Shown: positions 36,601-45,822 of the stretch, in pieces | Numbering within the stretch: position 1 is the first letter of the stretch | How the letters are laid out: every line of letters starts with the position of its first letter | Assembly (NCBI GenBank): GCA_045644205.1 | Contig: JAZRGM010000052.1 | Span: 19,859 to 83,858, forward strand | Direction: 5' to 3' | DNA: 64,000 bases | Source of the DNA: Clostridia bacterium | Lineage (GTDB): Bacteria; Bacillota; Clostridia; UMGS1810 | Program-made: the position numbers and the translations under genes | The notes under the pieces: model-generated | What the model was told of the DNA's origin: nothing | Seen by the model: only the letters and a program-made list of their open reading frames with translations | The model's database searches: none

Positions 36601-37260
36601 ACACCTGATATAAATAATAATCAGCAGGGCAGTAAGCCTGTAAATAACAATCAGAGTGTATTTGCAGGCTCTTTTTCCGATATAAGCCCATCACCTTCAA
36701 ACAAAACAGAAACCACACCCAAATATGTCTACACCGATGTATCAGATTCTCACTGGGCATTTAATTCAATTCTTTATCTTTCTCAAAAAGGTATAGTAAA
36801 CGGATACGAGGGCTCTTTTTATCCTGATAAGTTTGTTACAAGAGCAGAATTTGTAAAGATGCTCTGCACTGCATTCAGCCTTGAAGCTGCAACAGGGGAT
36901 TTGTTTGAAGATGTCAGTGAAAACGATTGGTTTGCTCCTTATGTATCTGCTGCAAAAGAGGCAGCTCTTGTATCGGGTGATGGAAAATATTTTAATCCAA
37001 ATTCCCAAATAACCCGTCAGGATGCTGCGGTTATGGTGTATCGCTTTGCAAATTATTCAGGTATAAACCTTTCCGGAAAAGGAACAGACTTTGCCGATGA
37101 TACTGAAATTTCAGATTATGCAAAGGAAGCTGTTTATGCAATGAATTTCAGCGGTATCATAAATGGAATGGGCAATGGAATTTTTGCTCCCCGGAACACC
37201 GCCACAAGAGCACAGGCGGCACAGATGATATTTAAAATGTTAGAAAAAGGAGGAAAATAA
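33604..37260 (+). CDS. S-layer-homology (SLH) anchored surface protein, 1218 aa; the N-terminus is paralogous to the 27430 protein
   Basis: A signal peptide is present. The Ig-like plus LamG-like N-terminal modules align with the 27430 product (TVTILTQRASDET.../...LYDFDNN...WTNIKFEFDFASGKY). Three C-terminal SLH repeats are present (DVSDSHWAFNSILYLSQKGIVNGY...; FEDVSENDWFAPYVSAAKEAALVSG...; FADDTEISDYAKEAVYAMNFSGIINGM...). Confidence 0.8.
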   Translation: MLKKPIAILLIVILSVLSLTSVSFADADTVTILTQRASDETASSSSYIKPPKGIMTKMTYNAQLNGTNAEASLFSWSVSPENKGVFVDNTGTVYVSGDTTISSFDLTASLKSNPLSLATNTIILEETVLYDFDNNTFSNVTPAVEAGGNKYMQGGTNSDSYVRANPKAFDSGYGSATFSYDIKIGDSCTTKYMWADTRYWSMYVYLNQSNRCPEIPAGYGSSTATVIGGAFPVDEWTNIKFEFDFASGKYATKVGDTVTGNLSHKSGKGFKIAAMGFSYKVDNIRIYSGHEVERTVEVTAPRALSIPASGETSSKLYADVSAGSLKINEEIKWELADSYPGVSISGDVITVSAGAPLAVDIKASLKSSPAVFDVYTLTLVDETNLEFSDNTSMSEITGTTEILTDSSSNKYLKTEGTSYIAINPSMQSGTVLVVEADIHSLNENLSTLAISDDIEFKINKSEGKIYEDAKQNTAIEVGSGFTFTFIFNDINKTYMAFADSKLISSGSSLAITPESFKFDTNLSRLYIGSARQKAPYVTKREINGTPISGKEIKADAEFISENGDNITSNQISWYVDGSFVSNGLSFTVPENSEGKEIYYTISASNAYGTTNDVISKKQNVKKFFEAQYLSDAVSIWVNNIWDTSKDVIAYLSLYNTDKCVNILARKISVDVPFSSDAISVPSSQPFDRIDVILTDAQNHAPLSTPFTVYGSAQTINGQLAAVYMLNPSDTSDVLSKFQSSYNMSNLEAAVDSAGDSISSVLCNICILKPKADGTVDYPYTPEVSGLYNVVVVKEDGTAVVSDKYINPSEILTLNGASNLSDIRVEPVVKALTGREDIVINSAIDVYSSVADKSNVIKLANGDINSVIASIYLAKSAEDAKANTSTINSVKSELGLLGKDTLAIELLCKNASYTEPVQKAISSGFTNIDTYLANLKTASILCGVKNVVNDKDAKIFLQHISNQKYNQADETGKNKIANAVYGKTYSSIGELSSAVNAVTLTPDINNNQQGSKPVNNNQSVFAGSFSDISPSPSNKTETTPKYVYTDVSDSHWAFNSILYLSQKGIVNGYEGSFYPDKFVTRAEFVKMLCTAFSLEAATGDLFEDVSENDWFAPYVSAAKEAALVSGDGKYFNPNSQITRQDAAVMVYRFANYSGINLSGKGTDFADDTEISDYAKEAVYAMNFSGIINGMGNGIFAPRNTATRAQAAQMIFKMLEKGGK

Positions 37261-37261
37261 T

Positions 37262-39967
37262 ATGAGTTTTAAAAGAGCCTTATCCCTGTTAGTAAGCATA
37301 ATAATGATACTTGGTATTTTTCCTTCTTTTGTATCCTATGCTGATTTCGAACCATCCGAATACGGAAACGAGGTTTACTTTTTAAGAGATTTAGGACTTG
37401 TAGATGAAAAACATATATCAACTGACGGACTTTCCAAAAGAATAACAAGGGGTGAATTTGCAAGTCTGGTAGTTTCAATTATGGGGCTTAGTGAGGAAGC
37501 TTCGGTTATGAGCTACACAGAAAAGTTTACTGATGTAAAATCAGACCACCCGTATTGCAAAGACATTCTTTTTGCTACAAATATGGGCTTATTCGGCGGT
37601 GTATCCAATACCGAATTTGCTCCTGATGAACCTGTGTATATGTATCAGGCAATAAAGGTAGCAGTCTGTATGGCAGGCTACAGTTTGCATGCCGAAAATT
37701 ATGGCGGTTATCCGGATGGTTATCTTAAAGTAGCAAACGATTTGGATATTCTTGAAAATGTTTCTGTCAATAACATAAGCGGAGCACTTCGCGGAGAAAT
37801 ATATGTTTTAATGTATAACACTGTCAATACAGATATGGCAATTGCATCGGAATTTGGCGATTCTCTCGGCTTTATAACTCAGGAGGGAAGAAACATTTTA
37901 AGTGAGTATCACAACATATACAAATCCGAGGGTGTTTTTGAAGCAGATTATAATACAGCCATAAGCGGAAAGGTAACCGATGCTCCCGATAAGGTGCGTA
38001 TAAACGGTATAGATTGCTATGTAACAAATGATAAGTATCTTTCGATGCTTGGCAGAAATCTTGTGTTTTATTATAAGTCAGAAAATAAACTGAACACTCT
38101 TTTGGCTGCTTATGATAACGAGAATACACAGGTCATATTAAATTGTGACAGTTCCCTTTCTTTTAACTATCTTGGCGGATACTATGAATACTTTGGTCAA
38201 AAGGAGCAAAAATTTAACATAGGAAAAGAATACATCGCCATATATAACGGTGAGCTTATAGATGGCTCAGAAGAAGCTCTTATGCTCCCTTCTCAGGGCA
38301 GAGTAATCCTTATTGAAAATAACGGTGACAGAATATATGATGTGGTCATTATTGAAGAATACTATAACCTTGTTGTATATTCCTATGATACCTATACAGA
38401 AGTGATTTCCGACATTGCCGTAAAAACAGGGGATTTCAGCCGGAATATAAAACTCTCCGACTATGATAATGTTATTATGACAGATAAAATGGGCAATGAT
38501 ATTTCGCCCTCATCGCTTAAAAGCAATAATATTATATCAGTATATAAAAACAGACAGAACTATCTTATAAGACTTGTTGTTTCCGATGATTTTTTCTCCG
38601 GGAAAATAACTGAAAAAAGCGGTGATGGAAAAATCACTGTATCAGGAGGCAAATACACACTTTCCGATGATCTTCGATTTAATGAATTGTTGCTTAATTT
38701 TTCAGATGAATATCTTTTTTACACAGATTGTTTTGGAAAGATTACCTATGTAACTGTTAAGTCAGACTCTGAGCTTGGATATATAGTAGATGCCAAAAAC
38801 GGAAGCGGTCTTGACGCAGGATGCTTTTTAAAGATATTTACTTCCGACGAAGAAATGAATGTGTACGAGCTTGCAGATAAGGTTACAGTAGAAAAAGGCC
38901 CTGCAAATTCATTGGTCTGCACGCCTGATGAAGTAAAAACCTTAATGGATACCGACAAAAGAGCACTTTATCTCTTTGAAAAAAACAAGGACGGACAGAT
39001 TAAGAAGATTATATATCCATACGAAATAAATACACAGAGTGAATTTGAAAATATGCCTGTGTATCCTATCTTTAAGCTTAACTATCTTCTTACTGCATGG
39101 CCTGATGCTACCATAAAAGACGGAAAGGTTCAGTATATAGAGCTTCAACACGGATTTGGCGGATGGCTCTCAATGCCCGAGGCGGCATTTACCTTTGATG
39201 TGCCCATACTTTCAAATACCAATCCGTCTGATGACTATTATACAGTAACACCAATAAGCGAATATGACGAAAATACAAAATTTGTTTTAAACAAAACCCC
39301 CAGCGGTGCAGCTGAAGAAATAGAAATATATTCTTTAAATTACGATAGCTTTCTTGCGGATATTCTTGTCCATTATGTTGACAGTGTAGATACAAATGTT
39401 ATAAACGAAGCTACCATGCCGGCTCTTGTTACGCAGATTACACAAGGTATAGATGAAAAAACCGGTGATATTGTTCATAAGCTTAAGCTAAGGTGGCAGC
39501 ATAAAGAAAAGACTTTTTATATTGACGATGCCGCTATTTTGGAACGCAGGGAATTCAGTCAGCGAAAAATCGCGTCAAATCTCCCATCACTTGCTCCAAA
39601 TAAGCAAAAAATTGCTGTAGGAGATATCATTACCTATCAGCATAATACATACACCGACAGAATAACCGCCGTAGCTCTGCTCTACGATCTTGAAAATGAC
39701 AAGGTTTCATATTCAGAACCGGGCTATGATGTTCTCTTAAGGTTTGAGATGGCAACAGTAAAAAGAGTAGATAACGGCTATCTTGAGCTTGAGTCAAGCC
39801 ACGGAATTGAGCGTTGCTATCTGGGACCCACAAAAATAATTGTATATGATAAAACCTTTGATAAAGCATACACCGGTACAACTGCCGACTTGTCTGTTGG
39901 AGACAAAATAGGAGTATACTTTAAGTGGACTCAGAATTTAAGCACCATTATTTATAAAGAAAGGTAG
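37262..39967 (+). CDS. SLH-domain surface protein (N-terminal SLH repeats) with about 700 aa of unassigned sequence
   Basis: A signal peptide is followed by SLH-like repeats (EVYFLRDLGLVD...ITRGEFASLV; FTDVKSDHPYCKDILFATNMGLFGG...). I could not assign the rest. The start lies 2 nt after the upstream stop. Confidence 0.65.
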   Translation: MSFKRALSLLVSIIMILGIFPSFVSYADFEPSEYGNEVYFLRDLGLVDEKHISTDGLSKRITRGEFASLVVSIMGLSEEASVMSYTEKFTDVKSDHPYCKDILFATNMGLFGGVSNTEFAPDEPVYMYQAIKVAVCMAGYSLHAENYGGYPDGYLKVANDLDILENVSVNNISGALRGEIYVLMYNTVNTDMAIASEFGDSLGFITQEGRNILSEYHNIYKSEGVFEADYNTAISGKVTDAPDKVRINGIDCYVTNDKYLSMLGRNLVFYYKSENKLNTLLAAYDNENTQVILNCDSSLSFNYLGGYYEYFGQKEQKFNIGKEYIAIYNGELIDGSEEALMLPSQGRVILIENNGDRIYDVVIIEEYYNLVVYSYDTYTEVISDIAVKTGDFSRNIKLSDYDNVIMTDKMGNDISPSSLKSNNIISVYKNRQNYLIRLVVSDDFFSGKITEKSGDGKITVSGGKYTLSDDLRFNELLLNFSDEYLFYTDCFGKITYVTVKSDSELGYIVDAKNGSGLDAGCFLKIFTSDEEMNVYELADKVTVEKGPANSLVCTPDEVKTLMDTDKRALYLFEKNKDGQIKKIIYPYEINTQSEFENMPVYPIFKLNYLLTAWPDATIKDGKVQYIELQHGFGGWLSMPEAAFTFDVPILSNTNPSDDYYTVTPISEYDENTKFVLNKTPSGAAEEIEIYSLNYDSFLADILVHYVDSVDTNVINEATMPALVTQITQGIDEKTGDIVHKLKLRWQHKEKTFYIDDAAILERREFSQRKIASNLPSLAPNKQKIAVGDIITYQHNTYTDRITAVALLYDLENDKVSYSEPGYDVLLRFEMATVKRVDNGYLELESSHGIERCYLGPTKIIVYDKTFDKAYTGTTADLSVGDKIGVYFKWTQNLSTIIYKER

Positions 39968-39973
39968 GTTAAA

Positions 39974-42900
39974 ATGATTAAAAGAATAATTTCGTTTATT
40001 GTATGTCTGGCAATATTTTCGTCTTACCTTTGCATAAATGCTTCAGCGCAGAGCAATACGGTTGTTGATTTGATAAATCTAAATGTAATATCCAAAACCG
40101 GACTTCCTGCATCAACAGAAGTTTATAAATCAGGCTCATACACAATGAAATGGGGAGATAGCGATATATACCGTGACATATCTCTTTCGGTTTCAAAAAA
40201 AGATTTGTCAGATGGATATCTTGAAACATGGATTTATTCCACACATCCCTCGGGTATGGAAATAAATCTTGGGCTTATTTCCGAAAATTCTTTCACACAA
40301 TGTGTTGATTACTATATAGCTCCCATAAAGATAAATTGGCAAGGTTGGAAGCTGATATCGTTAAAAACCGGTAATGATGGGGACTTTGAAAAGGTAAATT
40401 CACCACAGGGCTTTGATAATATAGATGAGATAAGACTTTTTAGCTCTTATGGCGGCAATACTCCCATATACGGAACAAATCTTTATTTTGATAAGATTGT
40501 ATTTAATAAAGAAAAAAGCTCTCAGGCAGAAGCCGATTTGGAAGCACCCGAACGAACCTTTGTTATTGCTGATTTTTCAAAGCCGGCAAATGTTGCAGCT
40601 TCAGGCTTTCCTTCATCAAAAGAAATAACACTTTCAGGCAGCTGTACTCTTAAATGGGCAGCACCAAATCTTCACAGTGCTCCCAAATTAGTTCTTCCCA
40701 TAACAGACTGGTCCGATTATGGATATATGTCAATAGATATGTATTCCGAAAAAGCAACAAATTCCACATTTTCGGCAATAATCTTTTCTGAAAATCCGGA
40801 AACAAACGGTGATGACTACTTTAAAGCTACCATTAATATTAACTGGACCGGTTGGAAAAGATTGACCTTTGGTATGGGAAGCTATGATGGAGGGTTTACA
40901 ACAGCAAAGACTCCTCTTGGCTGGGACAAAATAACCGGATTTACCTGGTGGAATAACTTCAGTAATATTGAAGTTGATCCCGAAACTGTTGTGTATGTAG
41001 ATAAAATATGGCTTGGCGGAACACCAAGCACTCTTGAATATAATCCGGAAAAAGACTTTATTCTGGATTCAAAGACAGAAATTAATTTTAAAGACATAAC
41101 AGCAGATGTAGTAAATAAAAATCCTGATAAAAAGCATCCAAGACTTCTTCTTTCCGATGAGGATTTTGAAAGACTCAAAGCTCAAAAGGAAACAGATCAA
41201 TTTTTGAAAAAAACATATGCAAACATATTTAGTGAAGCTAAAAAAGCTTTGGAGGCTGCAGATTCAAAATACATAAGCGAGGGCGGACATCTTCCACGCA
41301 CAGAAGCCTATATGCTTCCCACGCTTGCTCTTGTGTACCGACTTAGTGATGACGATGAATTAAAGACACAAATCAAAGAGCGAATGCTCAGGGCAATGAG
41401 GGTTGTCGCTGAGTGGAAAAGCTGGGGGACATACAGCATGCTTGATGTAGGAGATTTCAATACCGGTTTTTCGCTTGCGTATGACTGGATGTATGACGAG
41501 TGGACAGAAGATGAAAAACGGATGATGAGAAATGCAATGGTCAAAAATTCATTTGTCCCCACACTTTCGCATTTGAGAGGCAGAAGTCATTTTGCAGCAG
41601 AAGAAAACAACTGGAATCAGGTAATAAATTCCGGTCTTGGAATGGCAGCACTTGTAATGTGTGATGAGCCGGGCTACCAAGGACTTTGTAATGAAGTTAT
41701 AAACAGGACTTTTGATATTCTTCCAAGAGCACTTGATACCTTTGCCCCCGACGGAGTATCACTTGAAGGTCCAAACTACTGGTCTTATGCAAGCCAGAGA
41801 TTTTTCAAATATGTTTATTGTCTTATGACAGCTGCAGGCAGCGACTACGGATTATCCGAATATCCCGGTATGTCAAACACGGGAAACTTCATAACTGCAA
41901 TGAACGGACCTGTTGCTGCGTTTAACTACGGTGACGGAGATATAAAACCGGTATCAGATCCGTGTATGCACCTTATATCAAGAATATATAACAAACCGGA
42001 GTTTTCATCTTATCGTATTCAGGAAAAGCCTGACGGCGGTGACTGGAAAGATTTTGTTATGTACACTTCAGATTATGTTGCTGGTGACTACCGCACATCG
42101 CTTACACTCGATAGCTATTTCCGAGGTACAGTAAGCCTTGTTTCAAGCCGAAGCTCATGGTACGATGACAGTGCAAACTATCTTGCCTATAAGGGCGGCT
42201 ACAATCAGGCAAGCCACGGAGATTTGGATATGGGAACATTTGTTTTTGATTCAATGGGAACCCGCTGGATAACCGATATGGGAGCAGAGGAATACTCACT
42301 TGCCGGATATTTTGATTTTCTTCCGGGCGAGGGCAGATGGAAATACTATCGCAAAAGAGCAGAAGGCCACAATACTCTGGTTATTAATCCTGATATAAAT
42401 GAAGACCAGAACCCTCTTGCAAAAGGAGAAATATATAAATTTGAAAAAACAGATTCTGCAAATTACGGTCTTATAAATCTTACGGAATGTTATCTGGATG
42501 ATGCCGATGAGGTAATAAGAGGCTTTGCTTTTATAAATAACAAAAGTCAGGTAATTGTACAGGATGAAATTAAATCAACAAAGCCGATTGAGCTTTATTC
42601 ATTTTTCCATACAACAGCAAATATCGAGCTTAAAAACAGCAAAACAGCAATATTTTCTGTGAACGGCAAAAAAATGAGAGCTGACTTGGTATCTCAATCC
42701 GGAAGCTTTGAGGTAATGGATGCAAAACCGCTTTCCACATCTCCCGAGGCTCCTGCAGGTGCAAACGCAAACTCTTCATTCAGAAAGCTTGCAGTTCACC
42801 TTAAAAATGTAAAAAATCCAACAGTATCTGTTGTTTTGACTCCTCTTGCAGGCAACAGTGAAGATGTTTCTCTTCCCCTGTTTCTTCCACATAGCGAGTG

Positions 42901-44122
42901 GGATACATATCTTAATGAAAGCGTAAGCATAAATACACTTTCATTAGATGGAATACCCCTTGACGGATTTAATAAAAACAACCTCAATTATAATGTTTCT
43001 ACAGGAGAGATTGGCGTAATTTCAGCTACTGCCGATGACAATGTTTCTCTTACTATAAATCAGGCAGAAAGCAAGGATGATATAGCTACAATACTTGCAA
43101 CAAACACCAAAACAAATTCCTCTGTTACATATTCTGTAAGCTTTAATGAAAAAACAGTTGGAGTATCTGCACAAAATATTCTAAAGCATGATATAAAAGC
43201 TGTTGAAGCAAGTTCTGTTCCCGAAGTGCAAAATCCACCTGAAAGTACCTTTGACGGCGACATAAATACCCGCTGGAGCTCTGAAGGCGAACAGTGGATA
43301 CAGTGGGATCTTGGAGAGGTAAAAGATTTAGACAAGGTAATGCTTGCATTTATGAGCGGTAATATACGTTCTCAGTTTATGAAGCTTGAAATTTCCGAAG
43401 ATGGAATAAACTACAAAGAAGTCTTTAACGGTCAGGCAAGCGGTGAAACTCTTGATCTCGAAACCTTCAGCTTCCCAAAATGCAAGGGACGCTATATCCG
43501 CTTTACAGGTAACGGCACAACTTCCGGTACATGGAATTCCATAACAGAATTTGTTGCTCCTATTGCAAACAAAGAATTTACAGACTCTCAAAATCACTGG
43601 GCAAGTGACTATATAAGCTATATGTCAGCTCTTGGACTCGTAAACGGAGTATCAGAAGATAGATACGAACCCGACAAAACGATTACAATTGCCGAATACA
43701 TAACAATGATACTTCGTATATCGGGAATCGGCAGTGTGCAATACAGAGGCTCTCTTTCAGATGTAAATGAAAGTGACTGGTTCAGCGGCAATATTCAGGC
43801 GGCGATAGATTCCGGTTTTATCCCTGAAGAGATGCTTTCGGGAAATTCCATAAGACCAAATGAAGAAATAAGCCGTGAAGAAATGTGTGCAATTGCAGTA
43901 AAATTTTATGAGAGCTATACAAATCTTAAGGTCAAAACCTACGGTCTTTCAAAGTTTGAGGATGAAAAAGAAATTAATCAGGCATACAAAATGCTCATAG
44001 ATAAAGCGATTACACTAAGACTTATAAAGGGGACAGATGAAACACATATTTCACCAAAGCTTTCTTCAACAAGAGCACAGGCTACGGTAATAATGAAAAG
44101 ATTATTAATAATGATTTCTTAA
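39974..44122 (+). CDS. Surface-anchored heparinase II/III-like polysaccharide lyase with two N-terminal CBM-like modules, a cadherin-like domain, an F5/8 type C (discoidin) domain and three SLH repeats
   Basis: A signal peptide is present. The duplicated modules are SGSYTMKWGD...INWQGWKLISL and SGSCTLKWAA...INWTGWKRLTF. KHPRLLLSDEDFERLKA, NWNQVINSGLGMAAL, ASHGDLDMGTFVFDSMGTRWITDMG and AEGHNTLVINP are heparinase II/III-type motifs. STFDGDINTRWSSEGEQWIQWDLGE is discoidin-like. The C-terminal SLH begins FTDSQNHWASDYISYMSALGLVNG. Confidence 0.75.
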   Translation: MIKRIISFIVCLAIFSSYLCINASAQSNTVVDLINLNVISKTGLPASTEVYKSGSYTMKWGDSDIYRDISLSVSKKDLSDGYLETWIYSTHPSGMEINLGLISENSFTQCVDYYIAPIKINWQGWKLISLKTGNDGDFEKVNSPQGFDNIDEIRLFSSYGGNTPIYGTNLYFDKIVFNKEKSSQAEADLEAPERTFVIADFSKPANVAASGFPSSKEITLSGSCTLKWAAPNLHSAPKLVLPITDWSDYGYMSIDMYSEKATNSTFSAIIFSENPETNGDDYFKATININWTGWKRLTFGMGSYDGGFTTAKTPLGWDKITGFTWWNNFSNIEVDPETVVYVDKIWLGGTPSTLEYNPEKDFILDSKTEINFKDITADVVNKNPDKKHPRLLLSDEDFERLKAQKETDQFLKKTYANIFSEAKKALEAADSKYISEGGHLPRTEAYMLPTLALVYRLSDDDELKTQIKERMLRAMRVVAEWKSWGTYSMLDVGDFNTGFSLAYDWMYDEWTEDEKRMMRNAMVKNSFVPTLSHLRGRSHFAAEENNWNQVINSGLGMAALVMCDEPGYQGLCNEVINRTFDILPRALDTFAPDGVSLEGPNYWSYASQRFFKYVYCLMTAAGSDYGLSEYPGMSNTGNFITAMNGPVAAFNYGDGDIKPVSDPCMHLISRIYNKPEFSSYRIQEKPDGGDWKDFVMYTSDYVAGDYRTSLTLDSYFRGTVSLVSSRSSWYDDSANYLAYKGGYNQASHGDLDMGTFVFDSMGTRWITDMGAEEYSLAGYFDFLPGEGRWKYYRKRAEGHNTLVINPDINEDQNPLAKGEIYKFEKTDSANYGLINLTECYLDDADEVIRGFAFINNKSQVIVQDEIKSTKPIELYSFFHTTANIELKNSKTAIFSVNGKKMRADLVSQSGSFEVMDAKPLSTSPEAPAGANANSSFRKLAVHLKNVKNPTVSVVLTPLAGNSEDVSLPLFLPHSEWDTYLNESVSINTLSLDGIPLDGFNKNNLNYNVSTGEIGVISATADDNVSLTINQAESKDDIATILATNTKTNSSVTYSVSFNEKTVGVSAQNILKHDIKAVEASSVPEVQNPPESTFDGDINTRWSSEGEQWIQWDLGEVKDLDKVMLAFMSGNIRSQFMKLEISEDGINYKEVFNGQASGETLDLETFSFPKCKGRYIRFTGNGTTSGTWNSITEFVAPIANKEFTDSQNHWASDYISYMSALGLVNGVSEDRYEPDKTITIAEYITMILRISGIGSVQYRGSLSDVNESDWFSGNIQAAIDSGFIPEEMLSGNSIRPNEEISREEMCAIAVKFYESYTNLKVKTYGLSKFEDEKEINQAYKMLIDKAITLRLIKGTDETHISPKLSSTRAQATVIMKRLLIMIS

Positions 44123-44141
44123 TAAAAGGAGGATACAAACA

Positions 44142-45770
44142 ATGAAAAAATTTATAAGAATTTTTTCTTTAATCACAGCTCTGCTTGTACTTGCAACTGC
44201 GTTTTCCGGATGTGGAAAAAAAGAGGTATCTCTAACCGGTGACAGCTATTCCTATTGGGTTGTTCTTGACGAAAACTTTGCACAGACTATGGAGTCGGCA
44301 AGCGAGCATGCCTTTTATCAGGCAGTAACCAAAGCAACCGGAATAGATGTTGAATTTATTCATCCTGCAAGAGGAATAACAAATGTTGAAGCATTTCAGG
44401 TTCTTCTTGCGTCAACTGAAATGCCCGATATGATAGAATTTCCCTGGGGAGGAACAGGCTATGCCGGTGGTCCCGATCAGGCAATAAAAGATGGCGTGAT
44501 AATTGCCCTTAATGATTATCTTGAAGAATATGCACCAAATTACTACAACTATATGGAAGGCGACATAGCCAAAGAAAAGGATTATATTTATCGAAAGTCT
44601 GCTCTTTCCGATGAAGGTAACTACTATGGCTTCAGATGCATAAACATCGGTTCCTATGGATGCTTTGACGGTCTTTATGTAAGAAAAGATCTTCTTGATA
44701 AATGGGAGATAGACATTCCTGAAACTATTGACGACTGGGAAAATGTTTTTGCAACGGCCAAAGAAAACGGAGTTAAGTATCCTCTTACCGGAAAAACAAA
44801 TATTTTAAATATTATGGGAAGCAAAGACCTTTTCAATACAGCATGGGGTGTAGGGCAGAAATTCTATCTTGAAGGTGACAAGGTCAAATTCGGACCTTTT
44901 GAAAAAGGCTATAAAGAATATGTTGAAAAAATGGCTGAATGGATGAAAAAGGGCTACATAGACCCTGACTATATAACAAATGATGATAATGCGGTAGATT
45001 CATATCTTGTAAATGGGGATTCGATTGCATCTGTTGGATTTATCGGTTCAGCACTTGGCAAGCTTCTTCCTGCTCTTAAGGAGCGTCATCCCGAATATGT
45101 GATTGCAGCATGTCCCATGCCTGTTATGAAAAAAGGAGATGCTCCAAAATTCCAGACACTCGTCGCTCCCACATCAGACAGAACTATAGCCATAACAACA
45201 CAATGTGGTGAGGAAAATGAACAGAGATATAAAGAAGCTATAATGTGGTGCGACTATATGTATACCGATGAAGCTATGATATTAAAGCTTTTCGGTGTAG
45301 AAAATGACACATACACTATTAAAGAAGATGAAGATGGCAATAAACACTATGTGTACACAGACAAGGTTGTAAAAAACTATTCCGATATAGGTGCAAGTAA
45401 TATTACAGGCGGACTCTATCACTATACTATCCCATCTACCCATCCAAGCTTTTGCGAGCATGATGACTATTATCAAGGCTACTATACCTATGATGAACAG
45501 AAAAATGCTCTTAATGTTTGGAATGAGCACATAGACGAAGCTCAGAAATATATGCTTCCTGCACTCTCCTATACAGGTGAAGAGGCAGCTGAAATTGCAA
45601 ATATAACATCTAAGGCAAATGCTGATTTCACAGCCACTATATCAAACATAATTCTTGGAAAAGAAAAAATAGATAAATATGATGATGCTGTGAAAAAGAT
45701 GAAAGATGCAGGCTATGATAAGTATCTTGAAATACAACAGGCGGCTTATAATAGATATATTGCAAAATAA
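44142..45770 (+). CDS. ABC-transporter extracellular solute-binding lipoprotein (large LplA/LipO-like type)
   Basis: A lipobox LATAFSGC follows the signal sequence. The size is about 540 aa and the overall pattern is typical of sugar SBPs. No permease or ATPase gene is adjacent. Confidence 0.75.
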   Translation: MKKFIRIFSLITALLVLATAFSGCGKKEVSLTGDSYSYWVVLDENFAQTMESASEHAFYQAVTKATGIDVEFIHPARGITNVEAFQVLLASTEMPDMIEFPWGGTGYAGGPDQAIKDGVIIALNDYLEEYAPNYYNYMEGDIAKEKDYIYRKSALSDEGNYYGFRCINIGSYGCFDGLYVRKDLLDKWEIDIPETIDDWENVFATAKENGVKYPLTGKTNILNIMGSKDLFNTAWGVGQKFYLEGDKVKFGPFEKGYKEYVEKMAEWMKKGYIDPDYITNDDNAVDSYLVNGDSIASVGFIGSALGKLLPALKERHPEYVIAACPMPVMKKGDAPKFQTLVAPTSDRTIAITTQCGEENEQRYKEAIMWCDYMYTDEAMILKLFGVENDTYTIKEDEDGNKHYVYTDKVVKNYSDIGASNITGGLYHYTIPSTHPSFCEHDDYYQGYYTYDEQKNALNVWNEHIDEAQKYMLPALSYTGEEAAEIANITSKANADFTATISNIILGKEKIDKYDDAVKKMKDAGYDKYLEIQQAAYNRYIAK

Positions 45771-45785
45771 TAATCTTAAAATCTC

Positions 45786-45814
45786 TTGACAAAACTACTG
45801 ATTATGCATATAAT
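45786..45814 (+). promoter_or_regulatory. Promoter of the riboswitch-controlled cation-transport operon
   Basis: TTGACA (45786-45791), a 17-nt spacer, then TATAAT (45809-45814). Confidence 0.75.
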
Positions 45815-45822
45815 AGTTACGA

